Of a DNA stretch of 64,000 nt, positions 58,378 to 64,000 are shown one piece after another. Within the stretch, counting starts at the first letter, position 1, and every line of letters begins with the position of its first letter. Origin of the DNA: an uncultured Armatimonadetes bacterium (GTDB lineage Bacteria > Armatimonadota > UBA5829 > DTJY01); contig OY970325.1 of the NCBI GenBank assembly GCA_963717145.1, positions 672,001 to 736,000 on the forward strand. Reading direction: 5' to 3'. The notes beneath the pieces were generated by a model, which ran no database searches, was not told where the DNA came from, and saw only the letters and a program-made list of their open reading frames with translations. The position numbers were made by a program, and so were the translations under genes.

Positions 58378-59118
58378 ATGATTGCCGGAATAGATATCGG
58401 TTCGCGAACAACAAAGCTCGTAGTGCTGGACGACGCAGCGCCTGTGGAGTGGAAACTCGTGGCGACCGGAGTGGATCCGATCCAGGCTGCGCGGACACTC
58501 ATTGACGGGCGGGTGTTCGATGCCGTCGCCGCGACGGGATACGGGCGGCATTTCGCACGAACGGAACTCGGCTTCCAAGTGTTGACCGAGGTGAAGGCGT
58601 GCGCGGTCGGCGCCCATCATGTGATGCCCGAGTGCCGCACTGTGATCGACATCGGTGGCCAGGACTGCAAGGTCGTCGCCCTGGACGGTGAGGGCGGGTT
58701 CAGCGATTTCCAGATGAACGACAAGTGCGCCGCCGGGACCGGGCGGTTCCTGGAGGTCATGGCGCAGACGCTCGGTTTCGGGCTCGATGAGTTTGGAGAG
58801 GTCGCGCTCCAGGCGGATGAGGCGGTTCGTATCAACTCGATGTGCACCGTCTTCGCCGAGTCGGAGGTCACGTCACTCATCGCGCGTGGTGAGGACCCTC
58901 GGCGGATCTCGCGCGGACTGCATCAGGCAGTCGTGGACCGTGTGGCGTCGATGGCGAGGAGCGTCGGAGTGGGCGAGGGCGGGGTGCTCCTCGTCGGCGG
59001 TGTGGCATTGAACCCATGCGTGCGCCCGCTCCTTGAGGCGCGGCTTGGAGTGCCGGTCATCGTCCCGGAGCACGCGCAGTTCGTCGTTGCTCTCGGCGCG
59101 GCCCTATCTGTATCGTGA
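58378..59118 (+). CDS. ATP-dependent activase/reductase (HgdC/DCCP-R, ASKHA family)
   Basis: GIDIGSRTTK, ATGYGR, DIGGQD, MNDKCAAGTGRFLE, CTVFAESE. Confidence 0.93.
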   Translation: MIAGIDIGSRTTKLVVLDDAAPVEWKLVATGVDPIQAARTLIDGRVFDAVAATGYGRHFARTELGFQVLTEVKACAVGAHHVMPECRTVIDIGGQDCKVVALDGEGGFSDFQMNDKCAAGTGRFLEVMAQTLGFGLDEFGEVALQADEAVRINSMCTVFAESEVTSLIARGEDPRRISRGLHQAVVDRVASMARSVGVGEGGVLLVGGVALNPCVRPLLEARLGVPVIVPEHAQFVVALGAALSVS

Positions 59119-59156
59119 TGTAACTTTCTGGCGTCCTGGGTGTCAGATAGATAGCC

Positions 59157-59534
59157 ATGGATGAGTACGAAGCAAAACAACTCAAGCGCGGAGCACTCTT
59201 GTCGTTGCCATTTGTCACCCTGTGGCTGGCAATGGCCGGTGTGGCATACCACTATCCACTCTATGCAAGGCTCGCCTTGGGGGCAGCGGTTGGCTGTTCG
59301 CTGAGCGTAATACTGGGGTGCATGTTCAGTCGGCGGTTTGAAGGTGTTCGGATCAGGGACCTGCTCCCTATGTATGCAGTTCTGGTGGTCTTTGGCCTGC
59401 TGTTCCTGTGGGGGATCCGGGATGGCATACGTGAACATGATCCAGAAGGTATTGGGCTCACGCTACTCATCTGCCTGCCAATGTTCATTTCCTACGCGGT
59501 CGCGATAATAACAAACCGGCGTCGGAAGCATTGA
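59157..59534 (+). CDS. Small 4-TM hypothetical membrane protein
   Basis: Four hydrophobic stretches and a basic tail; lower GC3. Confidence 0.6.
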   Translation: MDEYEAKQLKRGALLSLPFVTLWLAMAGVAYHYPLYARLALGAAVGCSLSVILGCMFSRRFEGVRIRDLLPMYAVLVVFGLLFLWGIRDGIREHDPEGIGLTLLICLPMFISYAVAIITNRRRKH

Positions 59535-59704
59535 TCGAACCCATGGACGGCCCGAGTCCCTCCTTCTCCACGATCTGCGTCTGCGACTGCGCGCTTTTCG
59601 CATTTGGGCTTGCCTGGATTGAGGGAATATAGTACAATATAGTCAACCCGACCGGCGCATCGGCGCTGGGGGGATCGATACAACTCAAAGAGGAGGTGTA
59701 ACGA

Positions 59705-60064
59705 TTGTCACCGATGACAGTTGCAGGGACTCCGGTTGACATCAAGCTCTCGAAGTCGCCGAGTGGCGGCTGGGTCGCGAAGGGACGCATCTACGATGGC
59801 GTTCTTCCCGGCGGAGAGGAAGTCGATGTCTCGGGGGCCAGCCGCAAAGAGGCGGAATCCCAATGCAGGGACAGGCTTGAGCGGCTGATTCACGCGCGTA
59901 CCCACGGAACCGAACAGGTTCCGACGCCGCTGAATCTTCAGAAAGAGGGGATGGCTGCCAGTCAGCCGTCCCCTCTTTCGCATATATCTGCCCGACGGCT
60001 ACTTGTCTGCATCCTTGCGAGATGCGAATACCTTCGGTGGGGGTGGGCCACTGGGGAGCCGTGA
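59705..60064 (+). CDS. Small hypothetical protein; 3' end doubtful
   Basis: Strong GAGGAGG SD; ORF runs through a terminator and into the convergent gene. Confidence 0.45.
   Translation: MSPMTVAGTPVDIKLSKSPSGGWVAKGRIYDGVLPGGEEVDVSGASRKEAESQCRDRLERLIHARTHGTEQVPTPLNLQKEGMAASQPSPLSHISARRLLVCILARCEYLRWGWATGEP
59941..59979. terminator. Bidirectional terminator-like hairpin
   Basis: GAAAGAGGGGATGGCTG-ccagt-CAGCCGTCCCCTCTTTC. Confidence 0.65.
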
Positions 60065-60757
60065 ACGTGTCCGTTGTATATCGTACTCGGCCTTCTCAGT
60101 CGTGGAAATAGCGAATAGAACCTGTCTGCCGTCTGACCACCAACTGATTTGAGTGTACCAGTCCTCCGGTACTATGGATTCTCGTGGCCCGTACTGCAGC
60201 GAGCCGAACCGCGATTCGCCTATGTCAAGATAAGACACGCGAATGATAGGTTCAAGAACGTAGTTCGCCGGTGACGCGAGAATGGCTGCGGCCGTGTGCT
60301 GCACGAACGATTGCACCTCAGAGAGCTTCTTCTCATCGCGAGGAGGCGCAGTCACCAGCACAGAAAAGACATGTGAGTCCTGGATCTGTATCCGGTATCC
60401 GGACTTGGTGCGATAGTCCAAGAGGAGGTAATCGCTCCCATCGTGCAGATCGGTGAGAGGCACAATCTTCCGCTTAAGATCGGGTTCAGTTGGCTGGCAG
60501 TCGTGACGAATTGCCCTCCCGAGCATCTTCCGCATGTCTGCAATCTCGACCTCCACGGACCCTGTGTACCTCTTGACCTTGATGGTCCTGGCGTTCGGCC
60601 AGCAGGCATGCTCAAACAGCTTGTGAGATTCCGAACGTTCTGCCTTTCGCATGTCGAGACTGCTCGGCTGTATGCATCCGCTCGCTTGGGAGAGCACCTG
60701 TGCTGGCACAAGACATCCGAGCACACTGAGCGTAACCAAGATTGCAGTGATCTTCAT
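59999..60757 (-). CDS. Secreted hypothetical protein
   Basis: GGAG SD; signal peptide MKITAILVTLSVLG; lower GC. Confidence 0.55.
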   Translation of the reverse strand: MKITAILVTLSVLGCLVPAQVLSQASGCIQPSSLDMRKAERSESHKLFEHACWPNARTIKVKRYTGSVEVEIADMRKMLGRAIRHDCQPTEPDLKRKIVPLTDLHDGSDYLLLDYRTKSGYRIQIQDSHVFSVLVTAPPRDEKKLSEVQSFVQHTAAAILASPANYVLEPIIRVSYLDIGESRFGSLQYGPRESIVPEDWYTQISWWSDGRQVLFAISTTEKAEYDIQRTRSRLPSGPPPPKVFASRKDADK

Positions 60758-60937
60758 GGTTGATATCTCCCCTTTCTGAATCACATTATGTCACGCGTTG
60801 CTCTATTATTGCAAGAGCAAGTTTTGCTCAGACGCGTGGTCGATCTCCCCCACTCGCGTTTGACACCGCCCGGCCCCCGGTGCTAGGATTGTGCAGCCTC
60901 AGTAAGCGGAGGCTCACGCATCACACAGGAGTCTATC

Positions 60938-63694
60938 ATGACCCGCAGGTTCTGGCCGATTGTCGGCGTCATTGCTTTTTTTCTGCTCATCTTCGGCAGC
61001 TCGATCACCCGGTTCTACACCGATTGGCTCTGGTTCGGTGAAGTCGGCTACACGTCCGTGTTCTGGACGACGCTCAAGACGAAGCTGGCGCTCGGGCTGA
61101 TCGGCGGCGTAGCGTTCTTCGTGGTGCTGTTCACCAACCTCTGGCTCGCACGAAGGCTTGCCCCGCCGGCGACGCAGCAGTACCACGCGAATGTGATCCG
61201 CGCTCGGGTGGGCTCGATCGCCAGGAAGGGCCTGACGTTCGTGATCTTCGGGTCCGCACTGGCAGCCAGTGTCCTCGCCGGCCTGGAAGCCTCCTCCCAC
61301 TGGGTCAGCTATCAGATGTTCACTCACGCGAGCCAGTTTCCCGCCGTCGATCCGATCTTCGGCAATAACATCGGCTTCTACGTGTTCCAACTCGGCTTCC
61401 TGCGCTACATCTATGGATGGCTCATGTTCACCATCGTGGTGACCGCGCTGGCGACGGCCGCCGTTCACTACCTGGATCAAGCGATCGAAGTCCTGGCGGG
61501 GATGCCGACCTTCGCCCCGCATGTCAAGGCGCACCTCTCCGTCCTGTTCGCGTTGGCCCTTTTCGTGAAGGCGTGGGGCTACAGGCTCGATGCCTTCAAC
61601 CTGCTCTACTCTCAGAACGGAGTGGTCTTCGGCGCGGGATACACAGATGTGCACGCACGGCTGCTGGCCTTCCAGGTACTCTCAGTTATCGCGGTCATCG
61701 CGGGGATTCTGGCGCTCTTCAACATCTACCGTCGCGGGGTGACTCTCCCGGCGACGGCTCTCGTCATTCTCGTCGGGGGCTCGTTCGTGATGGGAGTCTT
61801 GTATCCGGCGGGAGTGCAGTTCGCGAAGGTGAAGCCCGACGAGATCCGCCTTGAATCGCAGTACATCAAAAATGACATCGAGGCGACGCGCAGGGCGTTC
61901 GACATCGACCGCATCGAGTCGAAGGATTTCCCCGCGCTGACGAACCTGACCGCCAGGGACATCGAGAATAACCGCGCCACGATCAACAGTATTAGGCTGT
62001 GGGACTATCGGCCTCTGACACAGACTTACGGCCAGCTTCAGGAGCTGTGGCAGGCATACAACATCGCCAACGTCGACGTCGATCGCTACACCATCAACGG
62101 CGAACTCCGGCAGGTGACGCTCGCCGCGCGCGAACTCTCCAGCGAGCAGTTGGGGCGCGTCACGGAGCCGACGTGGCAGAACCAGCGCCTTCAGTTCACG
62201 CATGGCTACGGCGCTGTCATGAGCCCGGTCAATCGTGTCGCCGGCGAAGGTCTCCCGGATTTCTTCCTCAGTGGAATTCCTTCGGTATCGCCGGTCGGCA
62301 TCAAGGTGGACAGTCCCCAGATCTACTACGGTGAGATCGCCAGCGATTATGTGATCGTGAACACGAAGCAAGACGAGTTCGACTATCCTCATGCTGGCGA
62401 CCCGAAGTACACGCGATATTCCGGCAAGGGCGGCATCCAACTGGACTCCTACATCAAGAAGCTCGCCTTCTCGATGAGGTTCTCCGATGTCAACATGATC
62501 CTGCCGAACCCGATCACCGCCAAGAGCCGGATGATGTTCCGCCGCCAGATTACCGAGCGAGTGCAAACGATCTTCCCGTTCCTCGTGTACGATCCTGACC
62601 CCTATCTGGTCATATCTGAAGGGAAGATGTACTGGATGCTCGATGCTTATACCGTATCGAGCAGGTATCCGTACTCCCAGCCGTATGTGATCGACAACCT
62701 TCCGCGCAACTACATCAGGAATGCCGTCAAGGTAGTGATAGATGCGTACGACGGAACCGTCGATTTCTACACGGCCGATGACAAGGACCCGGTCTTGAAG
62801 ACCTATGCGAGCATCTTCCCAGGCGTCTTCAAGCCGCTCAAGGACATGCCGGCCGATCTGAAGGCGCACATCAGGTATCCTGAACTGCTCTTCAGAGTGC
62901 AATCCAATGTGCTTCTCACCTACCACATGGAGGACCCGAGGGAGTTCTACGCGAAAAACGATCGATGGGACATCCCGAACGAGATCGTCGAGACCTCTGG
63001 CGAACAGCAGCCCATCGAACCTTACTATGTCGTGATGAAGCTGCCGGGCGAAAAAGAAGAAGAGTTCATGATGATGCTGCCTTTCACACCCGCCAACAAG
63101 GACAACATGGTGGCATGGATGGCGGCGAAGTGCGGGCCGAACGAATATGGGCGTATGGTCCTTTATCACTTCCCGAAGGACAAGTGGACCTCCGGGCCGG
63201 CGCAAATCGAGTCCAGGATCAATCAGGATCCTCTGATCTCGCAGCAGTTGAGTCTATGGAACCAGCGCGGATCGCAGGTCAACCGCGGCAATCTGTTGGT
63301 GATCCCGATAGAGAAGTCGCTCATCTACGTCGAGCCGCTCTATCTCGAATCAGAGACGAGCAAGATCCCGGAACTCAAGCGGGTGATCGTCGCATATGGC
63401 GACAAGATCTCGATGGAGGAAACACTGGACGGCGCGCTGGGTCGCATATTCGGCGAGGGCATATCGACCGACTCCCGGGAGCGTCCTGCTGCCGTCGGTG
63501 GGAAACCGGCGGTCGCGGAGGTGCCGGGCGTCACACAGAAGCCGGATGTGGGCAAGCTGACGGATCAGGCGATCAGCGAATATCAGCGCGCCAAGGAACT
63601 TCAGCGGAAGGGCGACTGGGCGGGCTATGGGCAGGAACTGAATAAGCTCGAAGGCACTCTGAACCGCCTGCGCGCCGAGATCGGAAAGCAGTAA
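60938..63694 (+). CDS. UPF0182 family membrane protein
   Basis: YTDWLWF.EVGY, GAGYTD, IRLWD, DVDRY, THGYG, NYIRN.VK, IRYP, GNLLVIP, YVEP.Y. Confidence 0.95.
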   Translation: MTRRFWPIVGVIAFFLLIFGSSITRFYTDWLWFGEVGYTSVFWTTLKTKLALGLIGGVAFFVVLFTNLWLARRLAPPATQQYHANVIRARVGSIARKGLTFVIFGSALAASVLAGLEASSHWVSYQMFTHASQFPAVDPIFGNNIGFYVFQLGFLRYIYGWLMFTIVVTALATAAVHYLDQAIEVLAGMPTFAPHVKAHLSVLFALALFVKAWGYRLDAFNLLYSQNGVVFGAGYTDVHARLLAFQVLSVIAVIAGILALFNIYRRGVTLPATALVILVGGSFVMGVLYPAGVQFAKVKPDEIRLESQYIKNDIEATRRAFDIDRIESKDFPALTNLTARDIENNRATINSIRLWDYRPLTQTYGQLQELWQAYNIANVDVDRYTINGELRQVTLAARELSSEQLGRVTEPTWQNQRLQFTHGYGAVMSPVNRVAGEGLPDFFLSGIPSVSPVGIKVDSPQIYYGEIASDYVIVNTKQDEFDYPHAGDPKYTRYSGKGGIQLDSYIKKLAFSMRFSDVNMILPNPITAKSRMMFRRQITERVQTIFPFLVYDPDPYLVISEGKMYWMLDAYTVSSRYPYSQPYVIDNLPRNYIRNAVKVVIDAYDGTVDFYTADDKDPVLKTYASIFPGVFKPLKDMPADLKAHIRYPELLFRVQSNVLLTYHMEDPREFYAKNDRWDIPNEIVETSGEQQPIEPYYVVMKLPGEKEEEFMMMLPFTPANKDNMVAWMAAKCGPNEYGRMVLYHFPKDKWTSGPAQIESRINQDPLISQQLSLWNQRGSQVNRGNLLVIPIEKSLIYVEPLYLESETSKIPELKRVIVAYGDKISMEETLDGALGRIFGEGISTDSRERPAAVGGKPAVAEVPGVTQKPDVGKLTDQAISEYQRAKELQRKGDWAGYGQELNKLEGTLNRLRAEIGKQ

Positions 63695-63720
63695 GTAGTT
63701 GCATAGCCGGGGTGATGGAC

Positions 63721-63903
63721 ATGCGTACAGAGAAGATCACTGAGTTCCTGGTTGTGCTGGTGTTCGCGCTCGTCACCGGTGCGTGCGCTATCCTGGCGAT
63801 TCTCTCCCTTGAGGGCGTTCTGCGCGCAGTTGCGATCTTCATCCTGCTGATCGGGGCGCTTGCGGCATGGCAGTTCCTGCGCAAGCGGTTCGGGCGGGTG
63901 TAG
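63721..63903 (+). CDS. Small 2-TM hypothetical protein
   Basis: Two hydrophobic helices and a basic C-terminus. Confidence 0.55.
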   Translation: MRTEKITEFLVVLVFALVTGACAILAILSLEGVLRAVAIFILLIGALAAWQFLRKRFGRV

Positions 63904-64000
63904 ACTGCACCATCACTGGTCGCCGGCGGTCAGCAACCCTTCGAGCGTCTTCACGAGTTCCGATGAGTCGCCGGAGAGTATCCATCCCCTGTCAGGCTTC

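Noticed and set aside
56752-60800. Genomic island integrated at tRNA-Lys
   Set aside because: No integrase and no duplicated tRNA 3' end seen in the window
63913-64000. 3' end of a minus-strand CDS at the window edge
   Set aside because: Too short to identify

Overview
A 64-kb chromosomal segment of a GC-rich bacterium, probably an anaerobe and probably Armatimonadota. That placement is inferred from H-X9-DG pilin-like proteins, tmk-darA-holB, a Ycf45-like ATPase, UPF0182, rubrerythrin, PFOR and a double-cubane reductase. The first ~41 kb is mostly glycan and sulfated-glycan catabolism (GH116, GH42-like, GH51, GH36/27-like+NPCBM, LamG+GH63-like, GHL10, two sulfatases, an SSS symporter, two URO-D-family proteins, an ARH, PdxA), with a VapBC pair and two complete IS elements. 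From ~37 kb onward the window is mostly housekeeping and signalling (rpsF-ssb-rpsR, dnaN, tsaC, fused PFOR, holB-darA-tmk, rsmE, CBS-GGDEF, tRNA-Lys, DCCP/DCCP-R, UPF0182). The most striking non-gene signal is a dense set of at least six families of short palindromic or tandem-unit elements. They fill many intergenic gaps, supply stop codons and possibly RBSs, and in three cases sit in frame inside enzyme genes (GH116, GH51, PFOR). Other notable items are a gene-3'-end duplication around a small membrane gene with a nearby paralog, an IS with CG termini and a 5-bp TSD, a candidate ~110-nt structured RNA, and repeated leaderless promoters. Several frameshifts share a homopolymer-error signature and are probably assembly artefacts. 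No CRISPR array, reverse transcriptase or integrase was seen. All calls are from reading the sequence; no searches were run.
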